In this document: piece by piece, positions 45,104 through 53,995 of the stretch
Numbering within the stretch: the first letter of the stretch is position 1
How the letters are laid out: every line of letters starts with the position of its first letter
Origin: an uncultured Clostridia bacterium
Lineage (GTDB): Bacteria > Bacillota > Clostridia > Christensenellales > UBA3700
Direction of reading: 5' to 3'
Length of the DNA stretch: 64,000 bases
NCBI GenBank assembly: GCA_947176265.1
Contig: CAMWQA010000002.1
Location: 321-64,320, forward strand
Notes under the pieces: generated by a model
What the model saw: the letters and a program-made list of their open reading frames with translations, nothing else
Told to the model about the DNA's origin: nothing
Database searches by the model: none
Program-made: the position numbers and the translations under genes

Positions 45104-45985
45104 TTATACAAAGCGTTTTGCCACTATAAAATAGCTCCATCTTTTTGCTGAAATCTCCTCGATTACGGCATGGTCGGACGCGGTGTGGAGTATGTAATTA
45201 TCTCCTAAATATAGAGCTACGTGTCCCACTCTTTCCACTCCCGAATATCCTGCTCTGCCGTCGTTGGTAAAGAACATTACGTCGCCTCTTTGCAAGTCGG
45301 CGAGCTCAACTTTTTCGCCTTGCAAAACCTGCGTGCGGGTATTCAATTCCATAAGCGTTCCTGCGCCTTTATAGAATATATATTGCATCAGCGCAGAGCA
45401 GTCGTACTGTCCTTGAACGAAATTAGTATTGAGCGCGCCGTTGCCCCAATGATAGCGTTGACTGCCCCAGACGTAGGGATATCCCAACAATTCTTCGCCC
45501 ACTGCAATTACGCTCTCCACTTTGTCGTTCCCCTGCTTCATATATACTATATTTGCATAGTTATTGCCTGCGTATATGTAGGCCGGCTTTTGCTTATATA
45601 CCGTCTTGTACCAACCGTTTTGCTCGCCTTCAAACCTTACCATATCCCCCTTGTCCAAAGAGCCTAGCACCCGGCCGTTTACCGACGGCGCAGAACGCAC
45701 GTTGAGGTTGTTTGTTTCGCTCTTTATCATAGCCGTATACGTCACGGGATTAGTCGACGGTATAACTTCGTTTGGCGGTACTGTTTCTCCGCTGGGCGCT
45801 TGATTTCCCGGAGGTTGCTGTCCTGACGGCGGTTTTACGTCGGGGCGGTATCCGCTCCAATCTACTCCCCAACCGTCAAACGCTCCTTCCTGTTGCCGTT
45901 GACTTTGACACGCGACTGCGCTTCCCGCCAAAATCGCGCCCATTACGAGCATTATCATCGTCAATTTAGATATTTTTTTAATCAT
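45104..45985 (-). CDS. SH3b + NlpC/P60 (C40) cell-wall peptidase, lipoprotein
   Basis: Lipobox LAGSAVAC. SH3b-like segment LNVRSAPSVNGRVLGSLDKGDMVRF...GWYKTVY. Catalytic Cys context QYDCSALMQYIF and His context GHVALYLG. ATG at 45985 is preceded by GGAGGAGG. Confidence 0.85.
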   Translation of the reverse strand: MIKKISKLTMIMLVMGAILAGSAVACQSQRQQEGAFDGWGVDWSGYRPDVKPPSGQQPPGNQAPSGETVPPNEVIPSTNPVTYTAMIKSETNNLNVRSAPSVNGRVLGSLDKGDMVRFEGEQNGWYKTVYKQKPAYIYAGNNYANIVYMKQGNDKVESVIAVGEELLGYPYVWGSQRYHWGNGALNTNFVQGQYDCSALMQYIFYKGAGTLMELNTRTQVLQGEKVELADLQRGDVMFFTNDGRAGYSGVERVGHVALYLGDNYILHTASDHAVIEEISAKRWSYFIVAKRFV

Positions 45986-46111
45986 GTCCTCCTCCCGCTC
46001 AAATTGAGCCAAAGTCTTACTGTAACTTCATTTTAACATTCAAACCTTGCGCGTTCAATACACAAAATTTGGCAATGGGAAAATAAATGTCGCGCACGTC
46101 GGCATTATCTC

Positions 46112-46141
46112 TTGCATAGCAAGAACTTTATAGTATATAAT
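46112..46141 (+). promoter_or_regulatory. sigma-A-type promoter of the DUF815 ATPase gene
   Basis: TTGCAT (46112-46117), 18 nt, TATAAT (46136-46141). This supports the ATG at 46177 rather than 46147 as the start. Confidence 0.5.
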
Positions 46142-46176
46142 CATAAATGTATCGCAAAGCAAAAGAGGTAGCTACT

Positions 46177-47421
46177 ATGGCAATTAAACAAGCAAAAAAC
46201 TTAAGACTGTACGATTTGAAAGGGACTCTGTTAAACGATTTATTGGAGTATCCCGACAACAAACTTAAACCCTTTGACTTGATTGGCAAATTGATTGCTT
46301 TTGCTGAAAAGCACGCGGTACACGGCGACTGCTGGCAATATTATACGGCTTACTTCATAGCAAGCAACGTAAACGCGTTCTCTTTGGCGTGCGAGCGCAG
46401 AGAAAGCGTAGACGGCGCGCTCCTCGAGTTCGCCTACGACGACTGCCGTATACTTATGGAAGTTTTCAACACTTCTCCCACCTTCTTGCCTACGATGGAA
46501 AACAGCTTGAAGCTGATTAAGAACTTTAAAAGCACACTTACTCAATCGTCATTGCCCTACGCGCATCTCGTGGCGAACTTTGCTTGCAAACTGACGGCTT
46601 GCAACAACACGCAAGCGTTTTTGGATGCGGTCGTGGAGTTTTACCGTACGTACGGCGTAGGCGAATTGGGACTTAACAAAGCATTTAGAGTAGTTGACGA
46701 CAACAAAAGCGCAAAACTCATCCCCATCACTTGTATGGATAACAAGCGCCTTGACGATCTTGTAGGATACGATTTGCAAAAGCAGAAAGTCTTACAAAAT
46801 ACCAAAGCCTTCCTCGACGGAAAGAAGGCAAACAACGTTCTTTTATACGGAGATATGGGTACGGGTAAATCGTCGACTATAAAAGCGCTTATCAACGAAT
46901 TTTACGAGGACGGATTGAGAGTCATCGAACTTTATAAACACCAATTTATGCACATAAGCGACCTTATAAGCAAGATTGCCTGCCGCAACTACAAATATAT
47001 ACTCTATCTAGACGACCTCTCTTTTGACGATTTTGAGGTAGAATATAAATATTTTAAGGCAATAATAGACGGCGGACTGGAAGTTAAACCCGACAACGTG
47101 CTTATATACGCGACGTCCAACCGCAGACACTTGATAAAAGAACATTACAGCGACGGCAACGACATAGATCCAATGGACGAATTGCACAAGTCCGATACCA
47201 AGAACGAAAAACTTTCTCTAGTAGCCCGCTTTGGCTTGTCGATATACTATCCGTCGCCCGATCAACAGGAATTCTTGAATATCGTACACGAACTTGCAAA
47301 GAGATACGATATCCAAATTAATGAAGCTATTCTTGACCAAAAAGCTCTCACTTGGGCAATCCGCAACGGTATGAAGTCGGGACGTATGGCAGAACAATTC
47401 GTACACTCTTTATTACATTAA
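46177..47421 (+). CDS. DUF815-type AAA-like ATP-binding protein
   Basis: Walker A motif LLYGDMGTGKSSTIKAL and Walker B-like motif YILYLDDLSF. AGAGG RBS before ATG 46177. Confidence 0.8.
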   Translation: MAIKQAKNLRLYDLKGTLLNDLLEYPDNKLKPFDLIGKLIAFAEKHAVHGDCWQYYTAYFIASNVNAFSLACERRESVDGALLEFAYDDCRILMEVFNTSPTFLPTMENSLKLIKNFKSTLTQSSLPYAHLVANFACKLTACNNTQAFLDAVVEFYRTYGVGELGLNKAFRVVDDNKSAKLIPITCMDNKRLDDLVGYDLQKQKVLQNTKAFLDGKKANNVLLYGDMGTGKSSTIKALINEFYEDGLRVIELYKHQFMHISDLISKIACRNYKYILYLDDLSFDDFEVEYKYFKAIIDGGLEVKPDNVLIYATSNRRHLIKEHYSDGNDIDPMDELHKSDTKNEKLSLVARFGLSIYYPSPDQQEFLNIVHELAKRYDIQINEAILDQKALTWAIRNGMKSGRMAEQFVHSLLH

Positions 47422-47465
47422 TGAAATGTTATTAATTTATTTACATATAATAAAGGTAGTATATA

Positions 47466-47494
47466 TTGATTAAATTGGAAAAATATGGTATAAT
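47466..47494 (+). promoter_or_regulatory. sigma-A-type promoter (extended -10) of the SIS-domain gene
   Basis: TTGATT (47466-47471), 17 nt, TGgTATAAT (-10 at 47489-47494). The leader of about 80 nt contains a CGCCCTT/AAGGGCG hairpin. Confidence 0.55.
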
Positions 47495-47577
47495 CTTAAT
47501 ATAAGTCAATACTCCGCCCTTACTTTTCACGACAGTTGAAGGGCGAATCAAATACAAAAAAAGTTGAGAGGTGTAAA

Positions 47578-48612
47578 ATGACCACGTTAATGCAACAAGA
47601 AATTTTCAGCGAGCCTTCTATGATGAAGCGCACTATAGCCGCCTGCAAGCCTGTCTTGCCGCAAATCTACAAAGCGTTTAAGGAAAGAGGCATTACCAAT
47701 ATCCTGACGCTTGCCAGAGGCACGTCCGACAATGCGGCTACTGTATTCTCCTTCGTATGTCCTATCGTCACGGGTATCCACGTCGGCTTGTACCGTCCGT
47801 CGCTCACGACGATATATAATAAAGATATAGATATGAAGAATACGTGTATGGTAGTCATTTCTCAAAGCGGTATGTCTAAAGATACCATTGCCGTAACGGA
47901 AAACGCTATTAAAAACGGCGCAATGACCATTGCCGTAACCAACAACGCAGACAGTCCTGTTGCTAAGATGGCTGACTTCCATCTATTCTTGGACGTAGAA
48001 GAAGAGAAGAGCGTCGCTGCGACGAAGACCTATATCGGCGAACTTTTTGCCTTGTATATGCTTACAAGCGCGCTAAAAGGCAATTTTGAAATTGACTTCT
48101 ACAACAAACTCGCCGACAGAATCCAAGAGATTATCGACCTCAACCCGACTATCAAAGAGGTAGCTAAAAAATTGCAAAATATCGACAACGCTATAGTACT
48201 CTCCCGCGGCACTATGTTAGGCACGAGTGACGAATGCGCTTTGAAATTGACAGAATGCTGTTATATATTCGGTCGCTCTTTCGCTACTTCCAATTTTATG
48301 CACGGTCCGCTTTCCCTTCTCGCCGAAAACGCCAACGTTATTTTGCTTGCCCCCAGAGGCAACTGCGTAGCGGAATTTACGGCTATGGCTCAAAGGATTA
48401 AAGCTTCCGGAGCTAATCTTACCGTGTTTAGCAATATCCCTGAAGTTTTGGAATGCGGAACAAATTCAGTGGCAATGCCCGACGCCGATATATTTGAAGC
48501 TCCTGTGCTCTACGGAGTCGCTGCAAGCCTCTTGGCGCTCAATATAGGACTTGCTAAGGGTCTTAACGTAGACACCCCGAGAAACCTCAACAAAGTAACT
48601 ATAACGCTTTAA
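47578..48612 (+). CDS. Double-SIS-domain sugar-phosphate isomerase/deglycase-like protein (GlmS C-terminal / AgaS / FrlB-like)
   Basis: 344 aa from ATG 47578 (GAGAGG RBS). LARGTSDNAA and VVISQSGMSKDT SIS motifs, with a second SIS half (VLSRGTMLGTSDECALKL). Confidence 0.8.
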   Translation: MTTLMQQEIFSEPSMMKRTIAACKPVLPQIYKAFKERGITNILTLARGTSDNAATVFSFVCPIVTGIHVGLYRPSLTTIYNKDIDMKNTCMVVISQSGMSKDTIAVTENAIKNGAMTIAVTNNADSPVAKMADFHLFLDVEEEKSVAATKTYIGELFALYMLTSALKGNFEIDFYNKLADRIQEIIDLNPTIKEVAKKLQNIDNAIVLSRGTMLGTSDECALKLTECCYIFGRSFATSNFMHGPLSLLAENANVILLAPRGNCVAEFTAMAQRIKASGANLTVFSNIPEVLECGTNSVAMPDADIFEAPVLYGVAASLLALNIGLAKGLNVDTPRNLNKVTITL

Positions 48613-48648
48613 AATCAATATAAAATAGATTTAAATAATTATATAAAA

Positions 48649-48678
48649 AAGGCTGTCGCTTTTATTTGCGACAGCCTT
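48649..48678. terminator. Bidirectional rho-independent terminator between convergent genes
   Basis: An 11-bp stem AAGGCTGTCGC/GCGACAGCCTT with an 8-nt loop, flanked by an A-run on the left and a T-rich tract on the right. Confidence 0.75.
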
Positions 48679-48702
48679 AATTTACTTTAATTACTGACAA
48701 TA

Positions 48703-50232
48703 TTATTTTTTATCTTCGTCTTCGTAGTTTGCTTCAGCGAATTTCTGCGCGTCGTCTGACGTCATAAACTTTGGAATTTGATAATACTTTACTCCTTCCT
48801 CGTTTGCATCGTCCTTAACGTACTTGATAGTTATCTTACCGTCTTTGTCTTTTGTAAGAGTAGCTTTGCGAGTACCGCTGACCGCTTCGCCCTTTGCAGG
48901 TACAAAGTTGTTAGGCTCGCCTACGAACGCCGTAAGGTCAACTCTGAACATATAGTTGTAGGTATTGTCAATATAGTACAAATAGTTGCCTATTACCGAA
49001 CGCGTAAGCCACGAGGTATTGATTGAATCCTTGCTCAACTCTTGAGTGATAGCGTCTTTGTTGGTATAGTCAATCTTATAAAGCGTATTGCTCAAGATAT
49101 AGTACATATCGTTGCCGTCTACCTTTACGATATCTGCGCCCGTTGAATTAAGCGTTGCGCCCTTTTGAGTATTGTTCTCAATGGCGGTCTCGGATATCGG
49201 CTTGTAGATTTCAAGTTGGGCAGCCGCCGTATAAAGTATACCCTTATCTCCGCCGAGGTTGATTATCGACGAACCTGTGAGCGCGGTAGTAGCGTATCTT
49301 ACTTCCTTCGTCGTATCAAAAGTATACGTCTCGTCGAACTTATATGCGTAAGTAGACGTCTTCTTTGCGCTGTCGCCGCTATTGTTTACCTTGCTGTAGA
49401 AAAGCGTATTTTCTTTTGCGTCAAAAGCGAGCAAAGCAAACGTAAACTGTTTAGTCAAGTCGTCGGCGCTCAAATCGTTTTCTTTATCGTAAGTCGTATC
49501 TTGCGTGATCTTCTTTACTTGATTGTTGACGAAAGCGTACATATTATTGTTGACGCGCTTCTTCGCGTCGGTAGCTTTCAAATAGAATACTACGTTGGAT
49601 TTTGCAGTAAACAAAACCGCCGTTACGTCTTCTGCAATATTCTCCGCTTTCTTGTTTACCTTAGAATTGTCGTAAGATACTTTCTTCAAAGTGTTGTCTA
49701 CGTAATATATAAAAGCCTTGTCCGTAAACGTGTATTGCGTAGAATTGGACTCAAGCGTAGCTATCTCTTGCGTTTTAGTTCCGTCAATCTTGGTACGGAA
49801 AGCAACCAATTGCGACGAAAGTACGTTGGACTTGTTGTCCGTCTTAGTGTTGGGCGAAAGGTAATATATCCACTCTCCGTAGATATAAAAACCTCCGTTG
49901 GAAGCAGACGTATAGAACATCTTGGGGACTACGACAGCCGTATCAGTCAAATTGCCGTTGTCGTCAATTTTGCTCTTCATAATACTTCCCTTGACGGAAG
50001 CCTTACCGAATTTGTTGTCGTCGGGCTTGGTAATATTAGACGTAGCGTCCATACCGTTGACGTAATAGAGATAACCGCCTTGCTGTACTACCAGTCCGCC
50101 GTTGTTGACTACCGGACTGTCCTTGTATTCCATAGTGCCTACCGGACCGAAAGACGGATTACACCCCGTAAAAATCAAGGCGCCCATACATACCGTAAGG
50201 CAAAGTATCAAAATAATGGATATTTTTTTCAT
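48703..50232 (-). CDS. Beta-propeller-like lipoprotein (DUF5050-like YYxxxxxLYK repeats)
   Basis: Lipobox LIFTGC. Recurrent blades GYLYYVNG, EWIYYLSP, AFIYYVDNTLKKVSYD, TLFYSKV, DMYYILSNTLYKIDY, NYLYYIDNTYNYMFRVDL. ATG at 50232 is preceded by GGAG. Confidence 0.75.
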   Translation of the reverse strand: MKKISIILILCLTVCMGALIFTGCNPSFGPVGTMEYKDSPVVNNGGLVVQQGGYLYYVNGMDATSNITKPDDNKFGKASVKGSIMKSKIDDNGNLTDTAVVVPKMFYTSASNGGFYIYGEWIYYLSPNTKTDNKSNVLSSQLVAFRTKIDGTKTQEIATLESNSTQYTFTDKAFIYYVDNTLKKVSYDNSKVNKKAENIAEDVTAVLFTAKSNVVFYLKATDAKKRVNNNMYAFVNNQVKKITQDTTYDKENDLSADDLTKQFTFALLAFDAKENTLFYSKVNNSGDSAKKTSTYAYKFDETYTFDTTKEVRYATTALTGSSIINLGGDKGILYTAAAQLEIYKPISETAIENNTQKGATLNSTGADIVKVDGNDMYYILSNTLYKIDYTNKDAITQELSKDSINTSWLTRSVIGNYLYYIDNTYNYMFRVDLTAFVGEPNNFVPAKGEAVSGTRKATLTKDKDGKITIKYVKDDANEEGVKYYQIPKFMTSDDAQKFAEANYEDEDKK

Positions 50233-50277
50233 TCCTAAACTCCTATTTTGCGAGTTAATCATATAATAGCAAGTATA

Positions 50278-50306
50278 ATTATAATATAATATTAACTATA
50301 TTGCAA
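50278..50306 (-). promoter_or_regulatory. sigma-A-type promoter of the beta-propeller lipoprotein gene
   Basis: Minus strand: TTGCAA (50301-50306), 17 nt, TATAAT (50278-50283). Confidence 0.5.
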
Positions 50307-50432
50307 TTAGATTTTCAATAATTTTTCATTTTGTTTGGACAAATAATAGGCTTTTGCCGACCTAAATATACGCTTTTAGCAAAAATAAGTCAAAATCTTT
50401 TATAAGTTTGAAGCAATTGGCTGCAATTACGA

Positions 50433-51872
50433 CTAGTTTTCCGCTTTTGCCGTCTGCGCGAATAAAGCGTTGTAAGAATTTAATTCCTGCAACTTTTCGT
50501 ATCTATATTGCTGATTTTGAGGTTTTTGAATGCTCAACGCCAAAAAGATAAGCAAATACGGATACGTATACGTAAAAGAATTGCCGAATATCGCAGAAAT
50601 CAGATACGCAAACGTTACCGCAAGCAACGTAAGGTCGTTTACCGCGAGTATTTTTCTCGCTCTGACGGCTCTGACAAACCACCATACAACCGTGCCAAGA
50701 TACATGATTACCCCGGGTATTCCTATATTGCTCGCCATTGTAATATATTCGTTGTGCGATACGTCGAGCGACGTGTCGTAGATATTATTGCCATGATACA
50801 AGTCAAGCCCTTTGCCAAACCAAGGCACTTGCTTTATTACGGCAATAGTGCGCTTCCAAAGCCCGAATCTGCCCGTACCCGCAGAATTGTTGTTGCCGCC
50901 GCCAGTTCCGCCTTCGCCCGGCGCGATAACTCTTTTAATATCTTTAAAAAGTTGGATATACGACGCCCACATATTCGTTCTGCCCGATACCTCTACGATT
51001 AAATTGATTACGCCCGACAAAACGCAAGCTATCAACAGTCTCTTCCAATCGAGTTTTTTGGTAATAAATCCGCTGGAAATAATGAATACTATTCCGCCGA
51101 TATACGCTATATTCGCGCCCAAAGTATCGCACGCCAAAAGATTGAATACGTTAAACGGCAAAAGTATCGCAGACAAAAATATCTGCCATTTTCTCTTTGC
51201 GTAAACCAATGCGCCAAAAGTCGCCGTCGTCGACATTGCCAAGAAATATCCGTAGTGATTAGAGTTGTTGAAAACTCCCGACTTAAGCGAAGTCGGTATC
51301 TTGTAATTGGTTATTTCTATCCCGACGAATACTATACAGATTATACCCGCCATTATGATAAAACTCCAAAGCATAGCTTCTTTTGCCCACTTGATTTCGT
51401 CGCGAATAGCGTACGCGGAGAGAAATACCACTGCGTACTGCAAGACGGTAAAATATCCCTCGTTGATATATCCAGCGCCATACATAGATTTTTCAAAATA
51501 AGGAGACTTAAATGTGGATATTAAAGCCCATATAAGCATAAAGGCAAACGGCAAAAGTATAAGATTATCCTGCGTAAACTTACCGATGTTTATCTTTCTT
51601 TGCCCTGCCTTAATACATATTTTGACGATATAATACGTCAACAAAAATACCGTCAAAAGCATTGAGCAAAATTTAAAATACAGTTGGGAATAGTTCATGA
51701 AGTGCGAACCGTTGGAAACGGTGTTGGTAACCTTACCGACGAGCGTCAAACAAAAAAAGGCCTGCAAAAGCACCATCATTACGCCTGCAAAAAGCACGTA
51801 TGCTACCCGTCTTTGCAATACGTCGAATTTTTGACCTCTTTTATTTATTGCGCCTATTTCCATTCCGCTCAT
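50433..51872 (-). CDS. O-antigen ligase / Wzy_C-family polytopic membrane protein
   Basis: 479 aa with at least 10 hydrophobic helices. A large loop carries the HNEYITMASNIGIPGVIMYL signature typical of WaaL/Wzy_C-family proteins. Confidence 0.75.
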   Translation of the reverse strand: MSGMEIGAINKRGQKFDVLQRRVAYVLFAGVMMVLLQAFFCLTLVGKVTNTVSNGSHFMNYSQLYFKFCSMLLTVFLLTYYIVKICIKAGQRKINIGKFTQDNLILLPFAFMLIWALISTFKSPYFEKSMYGAGYINEGYFTVLQYAVVFLSAYAIRDEIKWAKEAMLWSFIIMAGIICIVFVGIEITNYKIPTSLKSGVFNNSNHYGYFLAMSTTATFGALVYAKRKWQIFLSAILLPFNVFNLLACDTLGANIAYIGGIVFIISSGFITKKLDWKRLLIACVLSGVINLIVEVSGRTNMWASYIQLFKDIKRVIAPGEGGTGGGNNNSAGTGRFGLWKRTIAVIKQVPWFGKGLDLYHGNNIYDTSLDVSHNEYITMASNIGIPGVIMYLGTVVWWFVRAVRARKILAVNDLTLLAVTFAYLISAIFGNSFTYTYPYLLIFLALSIQKPQNQQYRYEKLQELNSYNALFAQTAKAEN

Positions 51873-51878
51873 AACTTT

Positions 51879-51908
51879 ATTTTAAACTAATGACAAAACT
51901 TTTGTCAA
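51879..51908 (-). promoter_or_regulatory. Promoter candidate overlapping a 17-bp palindrome, immediately upstream of the ligase-like gene
   Basis: Minus strand: TTGACA (51903-51908), 18 nt, TAAAAT (51879-51884). The palindrome TGACAAAA-C-TTTTGTCA spans 51891-51907. The -10 ends 6 nt before ATG 51872, so the mRNA may be leaderless. Confidence 0.35.
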
Positions 51909-51912
51909 TAAC

Positions 51913-51938
51913 AAAACCCGACCTTGAAGTCGGATTTT
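51913..51938 (-). terminator. Terminator-like hairpin after the Wzz-like gene
   Basis: AAAACCCGAC / GTCGGATTTT arms (one mismatch) around CTTGAA, with T-runs on both sides. Confidence 0.45.
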
Positions 51939-51980
51939 GCCAAATTTTGTATATTTAATTCTTTTATTTTAATTTGATTA

Positions 51981-53453
51981 TTATTCTTCCGTTTTTTCAA
52001 TAGACTCTGCCAACTCTTCAGCGGACAAATCTTGCGATTCTACGCTTTGCTCGTCCTCGACAGCTTGAGCGTTTTCACTCAAGACTTCTTCCGATTGTTC
52101 TTCGTCGACTACCTTCTTTTTGAGAACCATCTGCCCTTTCTTGCTAGTTACGAGCATTGCTACGATAACTGCAATTATCAATACCATCAGTTCGACGATC
52201 AAACCTACTTTAACGGTAATGGGAGAATTGGTCGATTGCGTAGGCACAGCCGTCATTCTTACGAGAGAACTTACGTTGTAACCGCTGTTGTACTCTTCAA
52301 TCATAGCCTTATAGCTTTCTATTATCGAATTGTATTCGTTGATTACCTCGAGTTCAAGTTCGTCTGCTCTGTCGGTAAGAGTCTTCTTTTGGGCTTCGCT
52401 CTTGCTTGCAAAGTCGTTAGTATTGAAATACGTTTGACGAGTCTCCCAAGCATTTTTGTCAGTCTGCGCAACGGTCTTGTTGCTTATAGCGACGCTTATC
52501 GCCTCAGTCACAGCATTTGGATTTGGAGGATTAACTATTATCGTACCGGTGCTCGGCAAAGTCGTGTCAGTGTTTTGCATAAGCAACGCAAGCACTTCGT
52601 TGAGCGACTTTATTTCTTCATCGTATATGGCAATATTGTCGTTGGCTTCTTTCAACTTCAACTCTACGTATTGCGTCTCTCCGTTTGCGTCGATACCGTT
52701 GAAAAGCACGTAGTTGAGATAGTTTTCAAGTTTTTGCGACGCCATCTGTATGCGGGTATTCAACGAAGCGAACGACATATCCTGACTTGTCGATACGAAT
52801 GCGGGAGCTTTCTCCGCCCAAGTCTTGCTCTCTTCGGAGAATACGCTCAAATAACCGCGCAAGGTATCGTACTTTTGGAATGCATTGTAACTTCCCAACA
52901 CCGTCAAACTTCCAAGCGACGTGCTGAAAGAATACTTTTTCTTAAAATTCTCTATATGGTTGGTCGTAATTGCGCTCAAGATATTGTTGTAATCGTTTCT
53001 TGACTTCAAATGCTTGTCAATATCGCCGTCTTGCGACAAGACAATCTTATAAGTATAATTTGCGCTCAATACTGCGCCTGCATCGTTTGTGACCTCGTCG
53101 TCTACCGTTGACACTACGTTGAGATTTCTTATTATCAAATTAATTAGCGCGTCTTTCTCCGCGTCGGAGTATTGCAACTTTTCCAAAGCCGACGAAACGT
53201 TGCTTGCAGACTTAATGTCCGACGCCACGTCTTTCTGACCGCCCCATGGATCTTCGCCGTTCTCTACTCCCGCATAATAATAAGTAATTCTCGTCTCATA
53301 TTGACTTTCGCTTACAAATATATCGCATATTCCCAAGATTCCGCCGCAAACAATAAGAGCAATGAGAGCGTAAACTATCATTCTCACTCCGCTCTTTTTA
53401 ATTTGTTGCCAAATCTTTTTAAAAGTCAACTCGTCGTTGATATTCTCTTCCAT
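51981..53453 (-). CDS. Wzz-like polysaccharide co-polymerase (chain-length determinant topology)
   Basis: N-terminal TM (MIVYALIALIVCGGILGI) after a LTFKKIWQQIKK motif, about 400 aa of coiled-coil-rich ectodomain, a second TM (VGLIVELMVLIIAVIVAMLV), and an acidic tail. ATG at 53453 is preceded by GGAGGG. Confidence 0.7.
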   Translation of the reverse strand: MEENINDELTFKKIWQQIKKSGVRMIVYALIALIVCGGILGICDIFVSESQYETRITYYYAGVENGEDPWGGQKDVASDIKSASNVSSALEKLQYSDAEKDALINLIIRNLNVVSTVDDEVTNDAGAVLSANYTYKIVLSQDGDIDKHLKSRNDYNNILSAITTNHIENFKKKYSFSTSLGSLTVLGSYNAFQKYDTLRGYLSVFSEESKTWAEKAPAFVSTSQDMSFASLNTRIQMASQKLENYLNYVLFNGIDANGETQYVELKLKEANDNIAIYDEEIKSLNEVLALLMQNTDTTLPSTGTIIVNPPNPNAVTEAISVAISNKTVAQTDKNAWETRQTYFNTNDFASKSEAQKKTLTDRADELELEVINEYNSIIESYKAMIEEYNSGYNVSSLVRMTAVPTQSTNSPITVKVGLIVELMVLIIAVIVAMLVTSKKGQMVLKKKVVDEEQSEEVLSENAQAVEDEQSVESQDLSAEELAESIEKTEE

Positions 53454-53493
53454 AGTCCCTCCGTATGTCGCAAAACCGATAAAATACAAGAAT

Positions 53494-53523
53494 AGTATAA
53501 CACTGTCAAACCCAATTATGCAA
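53494..53523 (-). promoter_or_regulatory. sigma-A-type promoter (extended -10) of the Wzz-like gene
   Basis: Minus strand: TTGCAT (53518-53523), 18 nt, TGtTATACT (-10 at 53494-53499). Confidence 0.5.
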
Positions 53524-53711
53524 TCATAAATTGAGTAATGTTTTTATATTTAATAAAAATTTATGCAAAATTTTACATTATTTTCAATAAATATACACGA
53601 CTGCGCCCCAAAATTCACTCAACCGCGCAAATAGCCGGCCAAAAAACTCTCTTCGCCAAAGCCCTCTGCCCGCTTATATTTTTATTTTGCCCATTTTAAG
53701 CTATAAATTGC

Positions 53712-53740
53712 TTGCAAAAAAATCTTTTTTATGCTATTAT
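53712..53740 (+). promoter_or_regulatory. sigma-A-type promoter of tRNA-Ser
   Basis: TTGCAA (53712-53717), 17 nt, TATTAT (53735-53740), about 60 nt upstream of the tRNA. Confidence 0.45.
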
Positions 53741-53806
53741 CTCAATTGTTACGCAGGTTGACGTCAAAACTCTCCCTACCGCAACAAAAACTTAATACCT
53801 TTTTAT

Positions 53807-53896
53807 AGAGAGTTGGCTGAGTGGTCGAAGGCGCACGATTGGAAATCGTGTGAACGGCAAACCGTTCCGAGGGTTCAAATCCCTCACTCTCTGCCA
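53807..53896 (+). tRNA. tRNA-Ser (anticodon GGA), CCA encoded
   Basis: Folded by hand: acceptor AGAGAGT/ACTCTCT, D-arm GCT-GAGTGGTCGAA-GGC, anticodon stem CACGA/TCGTG with loop TTGGAAA, long variable arm (AACGG/CCGTT), T-arm GAGGG-TTCAAAT-CCCTC, discriminator G, CCA. Confidence 0.9.
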
Positions 53897-53906
53897 TTAG
53901 GGAACT

Positions 53907-53945
53907 GTACGAACACTCGGCTAGAGTGTTCGTACTTATTCTTTG
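53907..53945 (+). terminator. Rho-independent terminator after tRNA-Ser (island-borne copy)
   Basis: A 12-bp perfect stem GTACGAACACTC/GAGTGTTCGTAC with loop GGCTA, followed by TTATTCTTT. Confidence 0.65.
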
Positions 53946-53995
53946 GATGGGACTATTTTGGAGTGTGGCTGCCTCTTATAAGGTAGAAAAAATTA

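Noticed and set aside
47495-47577. Riboswitch or attenuator in the ~80-nt leader of the SIS-domain gene (hairpin CGCCCTT...AAGGGCG)
   Set aside because: It is a single 7-bp hairpin with no following U-tract, no alternative antiterminator pairing, and no resemblance to the glmS ribozyme or other sugar-sensing RNAs that I can see.
49165-50238. 357-aa plus-strand ORF opposite the beta-propeller lipoprotein gene. Similar cases: 52032-53003 (323 aa), 60249-61106 (285 aa), 20311-21090 (259 aa), 4510-5262 (250 aa)
   Set aside because: Each lies fully within a minus-strand gene that has recognisable motifs, an RBS and operon context. The antisense translations are R/V/F-rich with no motifs.
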